Virus record (IMG/VR): IMGVR_UViG_3300021963_000047
Coordinates: 32,001-96,000 of that record
Strand: one strand, 5' to 3'
Length of the DNA: 64,000 bases
Origin: a virus
The translations under genes and the position numbers were made by a program. The notes under the pieces are model-generated. The model was not told the origin of the DNA. It did no database searches and was given only the letters and a program-made list of their open reading frames with translations. The first letter of the stretch is position 1. Every line of letters starts with the position of its first letter. Below are positions 47,072-57,193 of the stretch, one piece after another.

Positions 47072-49639
47072 ATGCCATTTCAAGTTAGCCCTGGTGTAAA
47101 TGTTTCTGAAATCGACCTAACTACAGTTGTTCCTGCAGTATCTACTACTGAAGGCGCTATAGCTGGTATTTTCAGATGGGGACCAGTAGACAAGAGAGTA
47201 TTAATAGACTCTGAAAATTCACTAGTAAATCGTTTCGGCAAGCCATATAGAAACTATGCAGAAGAAACATGGTTTACTGCAGCAAACTTCTTATCATATG
47301 GTAACAAGCTATATGTAGTTCGTGTTGCAAATACGACTTCAGACGCAGCAAACGTAGGTACATTAAGTGCTCTTGCTAACGTCGGTAACGTTTCAAACAC
47401 TATAGCTCAGATCGTTAAGAATGATGATGACTATGAAACAAAAGATGGCACTTTTGATTCAGACGTTCTTTACGTAGCTAGATATCCTGGTGCGATTGGC
47501 AACTCACTCAGAATTTCTGTTTGTGATACTGCAAATGCTTTTAATTCAACAGTTCAGCTTTCAAACGTAGAAAATGACTATAGCGGTACAATTACTGCTA
47601 ACTCATCTGGTATCACAGTCTCTGTGGGTGCAAATAGTGTAACATTCAATACAAATACAGGTATTGATGCAAATGGTTTCATTAGTATTGCTTCAAATCC
47701 AGTTGGCAATGGAACATATGTTAAGTATCTAACAGCAGCTGGCAACACAGCTCCAACAGGTTTAACAAATAACTCATTATATCTGGTTATTTCTTCAAAT
47801 AGCTCAGGTATCCAGCTAGGTAACACAAGTTATTTTGCAAACGCTGTCTCATTCAACGCAAATTCATCTGTAAATGATACAGACGAAACAATCGCAATTG
47901 CTTCTGCAAATACAAAATATGCAGTTGGAGACAAAGTACTTTATACTGTTGCTGCAGGTAATACTGCTGTTGGTGGATTAGCTAACGGTACAAATTACTG
48001 GATTTCATTTGCTAACACAACTGTTGTTGCTCTTTCTGCAACTTATGGCGGCGCAAATGTGAACATAACAAAGGGTGCAACAGAATCTGGTCATAGCTTA
48101 ACAGCTGTTGAAAGACTTATTATTCCAACACCAAAAGCAAACTCAGAAAGTCATACTTTTGTTGCATGGAGTTTAGCACAAACAGCAATTGCTTCAGTTC
48201 AATCATCTATTGCTAATGGCGACGTAATTAAAGTTGGCAACAGTTCAATCGGTGAACAGTATATGAAGATCACTGCTGTTGGTTCAACAGTAACTACAAC
48301 AAATACAACTCTATCAATAAGCTTAACATCTGAAGATAATTACAGACTTAAGTCTGCATATACTTCAGATACTGTTGAACGTTATTGGGAATTCTATAAT
48401 TTAGTAGATAGAGCACCAGGGCAGTCTGAGTATCAGGCAGAGTTTGGAAATACATCAGCAAATGATGAACTTCATGTTGTTATCGTAGATGACAATGGCA
48501 AGTTTACAGGTGTTGCTGGTCAAGTACTTGAAGTTTATAGAAACTTGTCTCGTGCTGAAGATGCTAAGACAAATGATGGCGCTTCACAATACTACAAGAC
48601 AGTTCTAAACGATCAGTCAAACTATGTATGGTGGGCAAATGATAGAAGCAATGCTTCATCAAATTCTGCAACAAGCTTAGCTAATTCAACTAACGATCTT
48701 CCACTATCACAATCTTTTGCTGGTGGTCATGATGGTTATTCAGAATTAAACGCTCCTTTATCTCTCATTGCAATGGGTTATGATAAATTTGCATCTGCTG
48801 AAGATGTTGATGTATCTCTAATTCTTCAGGGTAAAGGCAAAACAAATGCAGATCTTGCTAACTATATCATAGATAATATCTGTGAAGTAAGAAAAGATTG
48901 CGTAGCATTCGTTTCACCACTCAAGAATGACGTTGTTAATAATTCAGGAAGTGAATTAGATGCTATCCTTGACTTCAAGAATAGTGTAAGAAGTACTTCT
49001 TATGCTGTAGTTGATTCTGGATATAAGTATCAATACGATAAGTATAACGATGTTTATCGTTGGGTGCCTCTAAACGGTGATATCGCTGGTCTCTGTGTTC
49101 GCACAGATAACACAAATGATCCTTGGTGGTCACCAGCTGGTTTCAACCGTGGTAATATCAAGAATGTTGTTAAGTTGGCTTTCAATCCAAATAAAGCTGA
49201 AAGAGATCAGCTTTATAAAGCAGGTGTAAACCCAGTAGTTGCTTTCCCTGGACAAGGCATTGTACTATTCGGTGATAAGACTGCTCTTAATAAGCCATCT
49301 GCATTTGATAGAATCAATGTTCGTCGTCTATTCATTGTTCTTGAAAAGGCAATTGCTACAGCTGCTAAGTTCACACTCTTCGAATTCAACGATGAATTCA
49401 CAAGAGCACAATTTAGAAACTTAGTAATTCCTTATCTAAGAGATGTTAAGGGTCGTCGTGGTATCACTGACTTCTATGTTGTATGTGATCAAACAAACAA
49501 CACACCAGAAGTTGTTGATCGTAACGAATTTGTTGGCGATATCTATATTAAGCCAGCTCGTTCAATTAACTTCATCCAGTTGAACTTCGTTGCAGTTAGA
49601 TCCGGTGTAGCATTCTCTGAAGTTGTTGGCAAGTTCTAA
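47072..49639 (+). CDS. g18: Tail sheath protein gp18 with inserted domains
   Basis: SPGVNVSEIDLT, WWSPAGFNRG, FDRINVRRLF and KPARSINFIQLNFVA. Confidence 0.97.
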   Translation: MPFQVSPGVNVSEIDLTTVVPAVSTTEGAIAGIFRWGPVDKRVLIDSENSLVNRFGKPYRNYAEETWFTAANFLSYGNKLYVVRVANTTSDAANVGTLSALANVGNVSNTIAQIVKNDDDYETKDGTFDSDVLYVARYPGAIGNSLRISVCDTANAFNSTVQLSNVENDYSGTITANSSGITVSVGANSVTFNTNTGIDANGFISIASNPVGNGTYVKYLTAAGNTAPTGLTNNSLYLVISSNSSGIQLGNTSYFANAVSFNANSSVNDTDETIAIASANTKYAVGDKVLYTVAAGNTAVGGLANGTNYWISFANTTVVALSATYGGANVNITKGATESGHSLTAVERLIIPTPKANSESHTFVAWSLAQTAIASVQSSIANGDVIKVGNSSIGEQYMKITAVGSTVTTTNTTLSISLTSEDNYRLKSAYTSDTVERYWEFYNLVDRAPGQSEYQAEFGNTSANDELHVVIVDDNGKFTGVAGQVLEVYRNLSRAEDAKTNDGASQYYKTVLNDQSNYVWWANDRSNASSNSATSLANSTNDLPLSQSFAGGHDGYSELNAPLSLIAMGYDKFASAEDVDVSLILQGKGKTNADLANYIIDNICEVRKDCVAFVSPLKNDVVNNSGSELDAILDFKNSVRSTSYAVVDSGYKYQYDKYNDVYRWVPLNGDIAGLCVRTDNTNDPWWSPAGFNRGNIKNVVKLAFNPNKAERDQLYKAGVNPVVAFPGQGIVLFGDKTALNKPSAFDRINVRRLFIVLEKAIATAAKFTLFEFNDEFTRAQFRNLVIPYLRDVKGRRGITDFYVVCDQTNNTPEVVDRNEFVGDIYIKPARSINFIQLNFVAVRSGVAFSEVVGKF

Positions 49640-49668
49640 TAAATAGATTAAACAAAGGAGTCTAACAA

Positions 49669-50271
49669 ATGGCTTTTAATATAGACGCATTTAAATCACA
49701 GGGACTAGCTTTTGGTGGTGCAAGACCAACGCTATTTAGAGTTCTTATGGAATTTCCGGTTTCTATAGCCGGAGATACACAAAGAGCAAGTTATCTAATT
49801 AGATCAACATCATTGCCATCATCATCTGTATCTTCAATTCCTGTTCCATATTTTGGTCGAAAGATCAAGATTGCTGGAGATAGAGACTTTGAAGATTGGT
49901 CCGTAACAGTAATGAATGACGAAGATTTCGGTCTTCGTAATTCATTCGAAGCATGGTTAAACTTAATTAATACACATGTTTCAAACAGAATTGGCAGTGG
50001 CGTTTCTGGTCCTAACGGAAGTGCCCCTGACATCTATAAAGTTGATCTTATTGTTCAACAGTTCTCGAAGGCTGGTCCTTCAAATGAATCTGGTGTTATC
50101 AGACAATACAAGTTTAATGGAGCATTCCCAACATCCGTTGGCGCTATCTCATTAGATTGGGATTCAACAAATACAGTAGAATCTTTTGATGTTACGTTCT
50201 CATACGATTATTGGGAACCTCTAGCAACTGAAACATCACCAATATATAACGTTGAATTAAATCCAGCTTAA
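49669..50271 (+). CDS. g19: Tail tube protein gp19
   Basis: GGARPTLF, GRKIKIAGDRDFEDWSVTVMNDEDF and FDVTFSYDYW. Confidence 0.95.
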   Translation: MAFNIDAFKSQGLAFGGARPTLFRVLMEFPVSIAGDTQRASYLIRSTSLPSSSVSSIPVPYFGRKIKIAGDRDFEDWSVTVMNDEDFGLRNSFEAWLNLINTHVSNRIGSGVSGPNGSAPDIYKVDLIVQQFSKAGPSNESGVIRQYKFNGAFPTSVGAISLDWDSTNTVESFDVTFSYDYWEPLATETSPIYNVELNPA

Positions 50272-50315
50272 TTTGACACTATTTTTATTATGAGTACTAA
50301 ACAAAGTAGGTATTG

Positions 50316-52064
50316 ATGGCACAATTATTTGGATTTGAATTCAAAAGATTAGAAAAAGACGACCAGCTCCCATCGTTTGTTCCAAAAGAAAACGATGATG
50401 GAGCTGTCGTTGTTTCAGCTGGTGGTTCTTATGGGACTTATGTCGACTTAGATGGCACTGTAAGAACCGAAGCAGAACTTGTATCAAAATATAGAGAAAT
50501 GGCTATACAGCCAGAAATAGATGCTGCAGTAGATGAAATTATTAATGCATCTATCTGTGTTGATGAAAATGAAATAGTTAAAATAGATTTAGATAATACA
50601 AATTTAGATAGTAAAATAAAAAAAGCTGTAGATTATGAATTTAAAAATGTTTTAAATTTGATAGATTTTAATAATACTGCCTATGACACTTATAAGAGAT
50701 GGTATATTGATGGAAGATTGTACTATCATGTAGTCATAGATGACAAAGATACAAAGTCTGGTATTAGAGAAATAAGATATATTGATCCACGTAAGATTAG
50801 AAAAGTAAAAGAAGTTTCTAAAAAAAGATCTAAGAATAGTGAAGTCACACTAACAAAGACTGAAGCAGAATATTATATTTTCAATGACAGAGGATTTAAT
50901 GTTGGCAACAAAAATATAGGACCAACAACACATCAGTCTGGTTTAAAAATTGCAAAAGATTCAATCATACATGTAACATCAGGTTTGACAGATACGTATG
51001 GGACAATGGTCTTATCACATCTTCACAAAGGTATTAAGCCTTTAAATCAGCTTCGTACACTAGAAGATGCTACAGTAATTTATCGTATTTCACGTGCTCC
51101 AGAACGTCGTCTATGGTATATCGACGTTGGTAACTTGCCTAAGATGAAGGCAGAGCAGTACGTAAGAGAAATCATGGTTAAACACAAGAATCGTCTTGTT
51201 TATGATGCTGCTTCCGGTGAGATTAGAGACGATAGAAAATTCATGACGATGTTGGAAGATTATTGGCTTCCACGTCGCGAAGGCGGAAGAGGTACGGAGG
51301 TTACTACCCTTCCTGCCGGTCAAAATTTAGGCGAGATGGAAGATGTACTTTACTTCCAAAAGAAACTTTATAGATCACTGAATGTTCCTGTAAGCAGATT
51401 AGAACAAGAAAATACTGGATTTAATCTTGGAAGATCATCTGAAATTACAAGAGAAGAAGTAAAATTTGCTAAGTTTATTTCTAGACTTAGAAGAAAATTC
51501 TCTACATTGTTCTTGAGTCTATTAGAAAAACAACTCGTTCTTAAGGGCATCATGACAATTGAAGAATGGAAAGCATATTCAAAAGTTATAACTTTTGATT
51601 TTGCAAATGATGGTTTCTTCAAAGAATTAAAAGACAATGAAATTACAGTAGCAAGATTAGATACGTATAATGCTATAGCACCTCTAATTGGAAAATATTA
51701 TTCTCATAGCTGGGTAAGAAAGAATATCTTACAACAGACTCGTGAAGATATAGATGAGATGAATCAAGAAATAATGGCAGAACAAATGGATCCTATATTA
51801 AATCCACCTATGGTTGATGATGGATCTGGTAATTTGGTGCCAAATCCATCTTCTGCTCAAAATATTTCTGCACCAGCAGATTCTGGCGGTGATTCTAGCA
51901 AATTAACTCAAGCTACAAATACTTATCAACGCTTAATAAATAAAGATAATAAATCTTTACAAGATCAAGCCAAATTGAAGTCTGCGTCGCAGATCATAGC
52001 AAAAAGCGGTGATCCTAGAGCAAAACAAATTTTACAGAAATATAATGCTGGAGTTAAATTATGA
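50316..52064 (+). CDS. g20: Portal vertex protein gp20
   Basis: IYRISRAPERR..YIDVGNLPKMKAEQY and MLEDYWLPRREGGRGTEVTTLP. Confidence 0.97.
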   Translation: MAQLFGFEFKRLEKDDQLPSFVPKENDDGAVVVSAGGSYGTYVDLDGTVRTEAELVSKYREMAIQPEIDAAVDEIINASICVDENEIVKIDLDNTNLDSKIKKAVDYEFKNVLNLIDFNNTAYDTYKRWYIDGRLYYHVVIDDKDTKSGIREIRYIDPRKIRKVKEVSKKRSKNSEVTLTKTEAEYYIFNDRGFNVGNKNIGPTTHQSGLKIAKDSIIHVTSGLTDTYGTMVLSHLHKGIKPLNQLRTLEDATVIYRISRAPERRLWYIDVGNLPKMKAEQYVREIMVKHKNRLVYDAASGEIRDDRKFMTMLEDYWLPRREGGRGTEVTTLPAGQNLGEMEDVLYFQKKLYRSLNVPVSRLEQENTGFNLGRSSEITREEVKFAKFISRLRRKFSTLFLSLLEKQLVLKGIMTIEEWKAYSKVITFDFANDGFFKELKDNEITVARLDTYNAIAPLIGKYYSHSWVRKNILQQTREDIDEMNQEIMAEQMDPILNPPMVDDGSGNLVPNPSSAQNISAPADSGGDSSKLTQATNTYQRLINKDNKSLQDQAKLKSASQIIAKSGDPRAKQILQKYNAGVKL

Positions 52065-52336
52065 CAGACAATGTTGATACATTAAAAGATATGATCCATC
52101 ATGCTGTGGATGAAAAGCCACTTGACTTTCAAGATAAGTTTAATTCTATGCTAGTTGATAGAATAGCAGATGCTATAAATAATAAAAAAATTGAAGTAGC
52201 TCAGAGCATGTTTAGTTCTGAAACAGAATCGGAATCGGAAGAAGAAGTATCTACAGAAGACTCAACTGACGAAGATTCTACCGAAGAATTGGAATCAGAT
52301 ACAGAGGAAACACAGGAAAATGGCGAAGAATCTTAG
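52061..52336 (+). CDS. Acidic prohead core protein (gp67-like)
   Basis: Follows g20 and has an E-rich C-terminus. Confidence 0.65.
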   Translation: MTDNVDTLKDMIHHAVDEKPLDFQDKFNSMLVDRIADAINNKKIEVAQSMFSSETESESEEEVSTEDSTDEDSTEELESDTEETQENGEES

Positions 52337-53153
52337 AGATATTGTAAGCAAAAATGCTGGTAGAGATGTTCCTAAGGGAGAAGAAGATTTTCTCGCTACA
52401 CATACTTATGCCGATCCTGGTGATGTTAATAAAAATAAAAATGTATTTAAAGCTGACAATGTAAAGCCAGAAGCTAAAGTTCAAAAGAATGATCCAGGTA
52501 AAAGACACGGTTATCGTAGTGTAGAAGCAGCAGCTGCAGCTTATGAAGAAACTGAAGTTGAAGAACAACAAAATAAAACAAAAAAAAGCAAGTCTGGAAA
52601 ACTTGGTTCTGAAGACGATAGAAATGTAGATTCACCAACATATGGGTATTCTACAGGTTCAACAGGAGTTTCTGAACAAGTTGATGGAACAGAAACTGCT
52701 GCGCAGAGAAGATGGTATCAAAATGTACCAAGAAAACCAGATGGCGTATATACACAGACAATGTCTGGAGTTTTACCAGCACATCCATCGCCAGTTCAAG
52801 GTGGAGGAGTTGATACACAACCAGAAGCTCCACAAAATCAACCAAATTGGATTTCACCTAGACAAGAATGGTTAAACAATCGTAAACCAAAGCGTGCAGT
52901 CAGTGAAGCAAAATGTAATATGACTGCAGAAAATGTAAATTGTCCAGTTCACGGTCTTAAAGAATGTTGGAAAGAAGATACATTCTATCATGGTAAAGAA
53001 CTTGGTGAAAGAGAAATGTCTGATGCTGAGATGAAGAAGCGTGAAGATATTGTTAAAGGAATGAAGAAAAACATTGCAGGATTTAAGCAGAGATACGGTG
53101 AAAAAGCAAAGTCTGTTATGTATGCTACTGCAACTAAAAAGGCAATGTCATGA
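52320..53153 (+). CDS. Putative prohead core/internal head protein
   Basis: Lies between g20 and g21, hydrophilic, with CNMT...CPVHG..EC and KKREDIVKGMKK...VMYATATK modules. Confidence 0.5.
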   Translation: MAKNLRDIVSKNAGRDVPKGEEDFLATHTYADPGDVNKNKNVFKADNVKPEAKVQKNDPGKRHGYRSVEAAAAAYEETEVEEQQNKTKKSKSGKLGSEDDRNVDSPTYGYSTGSTGVSEQVDGTETAAQRRWYQNVPRKPDGVYTQTMSGVLPAHPSPVQGGGVDTQPEAPQNQPNWISPRQEWLNNRKPKRAVSEAKCNMTAENVNCPVHGLKECWKEDTFYHGKELGEREMSDAEMKKREDIVKGMKKNIAGFKQRYGEKAKSVMYATATKKAMS

Positions 53154-53395
53154 TTGTTGTTAAAGCTCTTTCAAATACAGTTAGTATTGGTTCTGCTAAC
53201 ACAGTTTCAGATGCTAAATTAGTCATGGTCAGTAATCCTGGAGCTCATGGTAACGTTGCTATTCAGTATGCAAATGGAACTCAATACGCTAGTGTACCAG
53301 TTGGAAATACTTTTCCAGTAATCATAGAAAAAACTACTACAGATTTATTAGTTGGTACTAATATGTTTGCAGTTGAAGTAGCATATAGGAACTAA
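53150..53395 (+). CDS. Small hypothetical protein upstream of g21
   Basis: ATGA-coupled, 81 aa, beta-rich. Confidence 0.6.
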   Translation: MIVVKALSNTVSIGSANTVSDAKLVMVSNPGAHGNVAIQYANGTQYASVPVGNTFPVIIEKTTTDLLVGTNMFAVEVAYRN

Positions 53396-53396
53396 G

Positions 53397-54071
53397 ATGA
53401 AACTCATAGCAGAACAAATAGTAGATGTACAATATATCTCTGAAGCAAAAGAAAATGGTGAAAAAGAACATTTCATTAAAGGTATATTCTTACAGGCTGA
53501 ACAAAAAAATCGTAATGGTAGAATTTACAGAAAACCAATTCTAGAAAAAGAATTGGACAGATATGTTAGAGAAAATGTAAGCAATAACAGAGCGTATGGT
53601 GAGCTTGGTCATCCACAAGGACCGTCAATTAATTTAGATCGTGTTTCACACATGATCACTGAATTAAAATGGTCGGGCAATGATGTTATTGGAAAAGCAA
53701 AAATTACAGAAACACCAATGGGAAATATAGTTAAAGGCTTATTAAAGTCTGGAGCTAATTTAGGTGTTTCATCAAGAGGTATGGGATCTCTAGTAGAAAA
53801 AAATGGAATCATGGAAGTGCAAGACGATTTTCATCTTGCAACAGCAGCAGATATTGTTGCCGATCCATCTGCACCAAATGCATTTGTTCAAGGTATCATG
53901 GAAAACGTAGATTGGGTCTATGATGAAAAGAACGGTATATGGATTCAAGAAACAGCAGAAAAAATTAAGACTCAATTGAAGAAGATGAAAATGGATGAGA
54001 TTGAAGCAAATAAATTTGCTGTTTTCGAGAATTTCATTAACAGTATTTCACAAGGTAAAAGACTTATCTAA
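53397..54071 (+). CDS. g21: Prohead protease gp21
   Basis: KNRNGRIY, GELGHP, LGVSSRGMGS and DIVADPSAP. Confidence 0.96.
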   Translation: MKLIAEQIVDVQYISEAKENGEKEHFIKGIFLQAEQKNRNGRIYRKPILEKELDRYVRENVSNNRAYGELGHPQGPSINLDRVSHMITELKWSGNDVIGKAKITETPMGNIVKGLLKSGANLGVSSRGMGSLVEKNGIMEVQDDFHLATAADIVADPSAPNAFVQGIMENVDWVYDEKNGIWIQETAEKIKTQLKKMKMDEIEANKFAVFENFINSISQGKRLI

Positions 54072-54083
54072 ATAAGATAATTA

Positions 54084-54091
54084 TATAAATA
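54084..54091 (+). promoter_or_regulatory. Late promoter TATAAATA for g22
   Basis: Intergenic exact consensus. Confidence 0.88.
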
Positions 54092-54121
54092 ATTATTAAA
54101 AATACTAAGGAGATCCTTAAA

Positions 54122-55141
54122 ATGAGTAAAGAACTAGAAAATAAAGAAATTGAAGTAACAGAGGGTGCAGAAGCTATTGATGAAGCTTCTTCTGCTGCTG
54201 ATACTCTAAAGCCTGCTGCAATGTCAGTAGCAGATCCAAAGTCAAGAGTTGAAATCATGAAGTCAATGATTGGTGCAATGGCTGAAATGCCAAAGCGCGA
54301 TCTTGTTAAGTGGTTTGATCAGACACAAGCACAGTTTGGTCCTGGTAAGGATTATGGTGTTGGCGACAACTCAGCTAAGAATAAAGCTTCTGTAGCTATG
54401 AAGTCATCAATCAGAGAAGATTTTGAAGTCATGTTTGAAGGTCAAGATCTTTCTGAAGAATTTAAAGAAAAAGCAACAACTCTTTTTGAAGCTGCAATTT
54501 CTTCTGCAATTTCAGTAGAAACAGCAAGATTAGAAGAAGAAATGGAACAGCGCCTAGCTGAGAAAGCTTCTGAAATCGAAGAGATGATGGCCGGCAAGTT
54601 AGACTCATATCTTGATTACGTTGTAGAATCATGGATGAAAGATAATGAAGTAGCGATTGAATCTGCACTTCGTAACGAGATTATGGAAGAATTCATTAGT
54701 AGCCTTAAGAATGTATTCGAAGAACATTATATTTCTGTACCAGCAGAAAAGACTGATGTTCTAGAATCACTAGTAGCAAAGGTTGAAGAACTAGAAGCAA
54801 AACTAGATGAGGTTATTACTGAAAATAGTGAACTTAAGTCTAATGTTGTAGATCATGAAAAGAACGATGTGTTTGAGTCACTTTGTTCAGATCTTGCTCT
54901 CACACAAGTAGAAAAGTTCCGCGCGCTTTCAGAAGGCATCGACTTTGACGGTGACCTTGACACGTACTCAAAGAAACTTTCAATCATTAAAGAAAGCTTC
55001 TTTAAGACATCTGAAAAGGCGCCCACACAAACTGTAGTAACTGAAGAGTTCGAAGAACAGGAAGCTTCTACAGATGTGGTCTATACTGATCCACGTGTCA
55101 AGTCATACGTGCAGGCAATCTCAAGAACGATTAAAAGATAA
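54122..55141 (+). CDS. g22: Prohead core scaffold gp22
   Basis: LSEEFKEKATTLFEAA and LDSYLDYVVESWM; acidic coiled coil directly before g23. Confidence 0.93.
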   Translation: MSKELENKEIEVTEGAEAIDEASSAADTLKPAAMSVADPKSRVEIMKSMIGAMAEMPKRDLVKWFDQTQAQFGPGKDYGVGDNSAKNKASVAMKSSIREDFEVMFEGQDLSEEFKEKATTLFEAAISSAISVETARLEEEMEQRLAEKASEIEEMMAGKLDSYLDYVVESWMKDNEVAIESALRNEIMEEFISSLKNVFEEHYISVPAEKTDVLESLVAKVEELEAKLDEVITENSELKSNVVDHEKNDVFESLCSDLALTQVEKFRALSEGIDFDGDLDTYSKKLSIIKESFFKTSEKAPTQTVVTEEFEEQEASTDVVYTDPRVKSYVQAISRTIKR

Positions 55142-55146
55142 AATAG

Positions 55147-55154
55147 TATAAATA
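55147..55154 (+). promoter_or_regulatory. Late promoter TATAAATA for g23
   Basis: Intergenic exact consensus, with an AAGGAG RBS downstream. Confidence 0.9.
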
Positions 55155-55186
55155 ATTTAGAACCTTCGCTAAAAGGAGAAAGATAA

Positions 55187-56527
55187 ATGTTAGTAGAAGA
55201 AATTCAAAAGAAATGGGCGCCAATCCTAGAGCATTCAGACCTTAATCCAATTAAGGATGCTCATAAGCGTCAGGTAACTGCTCAGCTTCTTGAAAATACA
55301 GAAAGAGCTCTTCGTGAGTCAGGTGCTCACAGCCAGTTCCTTCTTTCAGAAGCATCACCAATTCCAGCAAACTTCATGGGCGCATCAAGCTCAGACGCTT
55401 CAACAGGCGCAATCGATACTTTCGATCCAGTATTGATTTCTCTTGTACGTCGTGCAATGCCTAACCTCATTGCTTATGACATTGCTGGCGTTCAGACAAT
55501 GACAGGTCCAACAGGACTTATCTTCGCAATGCGTTCACGTTACGCATCACAGTCTGGCACAGAAACATTCTACAACGAAGTTAACACAGCATTCTCTTCT
55601 GTAACATCAGGTGCTAACACACTTGGTCAGAAGCATGTTGGTACACTTCCAGGTGTTTCTAACAACGCTGCAAACGGTGCTTATAACTTCGGTTCAGGCA
55701 TGTCAACAGCTCAGGCAGAAGCTCTCGGCACTGATTCCAACTCAGCATTCGCTGAAATGGCATTCAGCATTGAGAAGGTGACTGTAACAGCTAAGTCACG
55801 TGCTCTCAAGGCAGAATATACAATGGAACTCGCTCAGGATCTTAAGGCAATTCACGGCCTTAATGCTGAAACAGAGCTTTCAAATATTCTTTCAGCTGAA
55901 ATCATGGCTGAAATCAACCGTGAAGTTGTTCGTACAATCAACGTAACAGCTCAGTCAGGTGCACAAGAAGGCACAACAACTGCAGGTATCTTCGACCTCG
56001 ATACAGACTCAAACGGCCGTTGGTCAGTTGAAAAGTTCAAGGGTCTTATGTTCCAGCTTGAAAGAGAAGCCAACCAAATTGCTAAGAACACACGTAGAGG
56101 TAAGGGTAACATTGTTATCTGTTCTTCTGACGTTGCTTCAGCACTTCAGATGGCAGGTGTTCTTGATTACACACCAGCTCTCAACAGCAACAATCTTCAG
56201 GTAGACGACACAGGTAACACATTCGCTGGTGTTCTTAACGGTCGCCTTCGTGTTTACATCGATCCATATGCAATCGGTGGCAACTACCTCACTGTTGGTT
56301 ATAAGGGTGCATCAGCATTCGACGCTGGTCTCTTCTACTGCCCATACGTTCCTCTTCAGATGGTTCGTGCAGTTGACCAGAACAGCTTCCAGCCAAAGAT
56401 CGGCTTCAAGACACGTTACGGAATGGTTGCAAACCCATTCGCTGAAGGTGCTACAGCCGGCGCTGGTGCGCTTACAAAGGATTCTAACGTCTACTATCGT
56501 AGAGTTATCGTTAACAACCTTATGTAA
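55187..56527 (+). CDS. g23: Major capsid protein gp23
   Basis: KWAPILEH, LVRRAMPNLIAYD, KSRALKAEYTMELAQDLKAIHG, FYCPYVPL and FQPKIGFKTRYG. Confidence 0.98.
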   Translation: MLVEEIQKKWAPILEHSDLNPIKDAHKRQVTAQLLENTERALRESGAHSQFLLSEASPIPANFMGASSSDASTGAIDTFDPVLISLVRRAMPNLIAYDIAGVQTMTGPTGLIFAMRSRYASQSGTETFYNEVNTAFSSVTSGANTLGQKHVGTLPGVSNNAANGAYNFGSGMSTAQAEALGTDSNSAFAEMAFSIEKVTVTAKSRALKAEYTMELAQDLKAIHGLNAETELSNILSAEIMAEINREVVRTINVTAQSGAQEGTTTAGIFDLDTDSNGRWSVEKFKGLMFQLEREANQIAKNTRRGKGNIVICSSDVASALQMAGVLDYTPALNSNNLQVDDTGNTFAGVLNGRLRVYIDPYAIGGNYLTVGYKGASAFDAGLFYCPYVPLQMVRAVDQNSFQPKIGFKTRYGMVANPFAEGATAGAGALTKDSNVYYRRVIVNNLM

Positions 56528-56555
56528 TAAAGAACCGGGTCTACCGGTCGCCTAT

Positions 56556-56583
56556 AAAGGGAGCCTTCGGGCTCCCTTTTTTT
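56556..56583 (+). terminator. Rho-independent terminator after g23
   Basis: GGGAGCC-TTCG-GGCTCCC stem with a cUUCGg tetraloop, followed by a T tract. Confidence 0.93.
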
Positions 56584-56584
56584 A

Positions 56585-56592
56585 TATAAATA
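56585..56592 (+). promoter_or_regulatory. Late promoter TATAAATA for g3
   Basis: Exact consensus immediately after the terminator. Confidence 0.85.
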
Positions 56593-56611
56593 GTATAAAA
56601 TGAGGAGTCAC

Positions 56612-57133
56612 ATGGCAGCTATAGAAAATACACCAACAAATCCAAATTTTCTTTCACCGCTTAATTTTAAGTTTTCAATTAAGCGCGCGCCTCACATTAA
56701 CTTCTTTATTCAAAAAATTAGTATACCGTCTTTAAACTTGCCATCATATAATTCTCCTAATCCATTTGTTAAAATACCGGAACCCGGTGAACACATAGAT
56801 TATGGAGATCTTGAACTTACATTTAGAGTAGATGAAAATTTAAAAAACTATTTAGAAATTCACAATTGGATACGTGCATTAGGAAAACCTAAAGACTTCT
56901 CTGAGTATAGAGCTCTTTCTCAAAATAAAAACTATACTGGTGATGGTATAAGATCTGATATATCTTTAACAATACTATCAAGCGCTAAAAATGCAAACTA
57001 TGAAATAGTATTCACCGATGCTTATCCATATGAATTAAGCAAACTTACATTTGATACTACTGACCAAACGGTAGACTATATCGAAGCTTCAGCCACATTT
57101 AAATACGTTTTATTTGAAATAAAAGATATTTAA
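56612..57133 (+). CDS. g3: Tail tube terminator/completion protein gp3-like
   Basis: NFLSPLNFKF, PGEHIDYGDL.LTFRVDENLKNYLEIHNW; position after g23. Start at ATG 56612, after GAGG. Confidence 0.85.
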   Translation: MAAIENTPTNPNFLSPLNFKFSIKRAPHINFFIQKISIPSLNLPSYNSPNPFVKIPEPGEHIDYGDLELTFRVDENLKNYLEIHNWIRALGKPKDFSEYRALSQNKNYTGDGIRSDISLTILSSAKNANYEIVFTDAYPYELSKLTFDTTDQTVDYIEASATFKYVLFEIKDI

Positions 57134-57136
57134 ACA

Positions 57137-57165
57137 TTTACAAATAGTTATTTGCGTGGTAATAT
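57137..57165 (+). promoter_or_regulatory. Sigma70-like (early/middle) promoter for the uvsY-uvsW-g55 block
   Basis: TTTACA-N17-TAATAT with an extended -10 TG, at the boundary between late and replication genes. Confidence 0.65.
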
Positions 57166-57193
57166 AAAGAATATTATCAACAAGAGATACGTC

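Noticed and set aside
50273-50300. TTGACA upstream of g20 as a sigma70 promoter
   Set aside because: There is no convincing -10 hexamer at 17-nt spacing, and g20 is a late gene.
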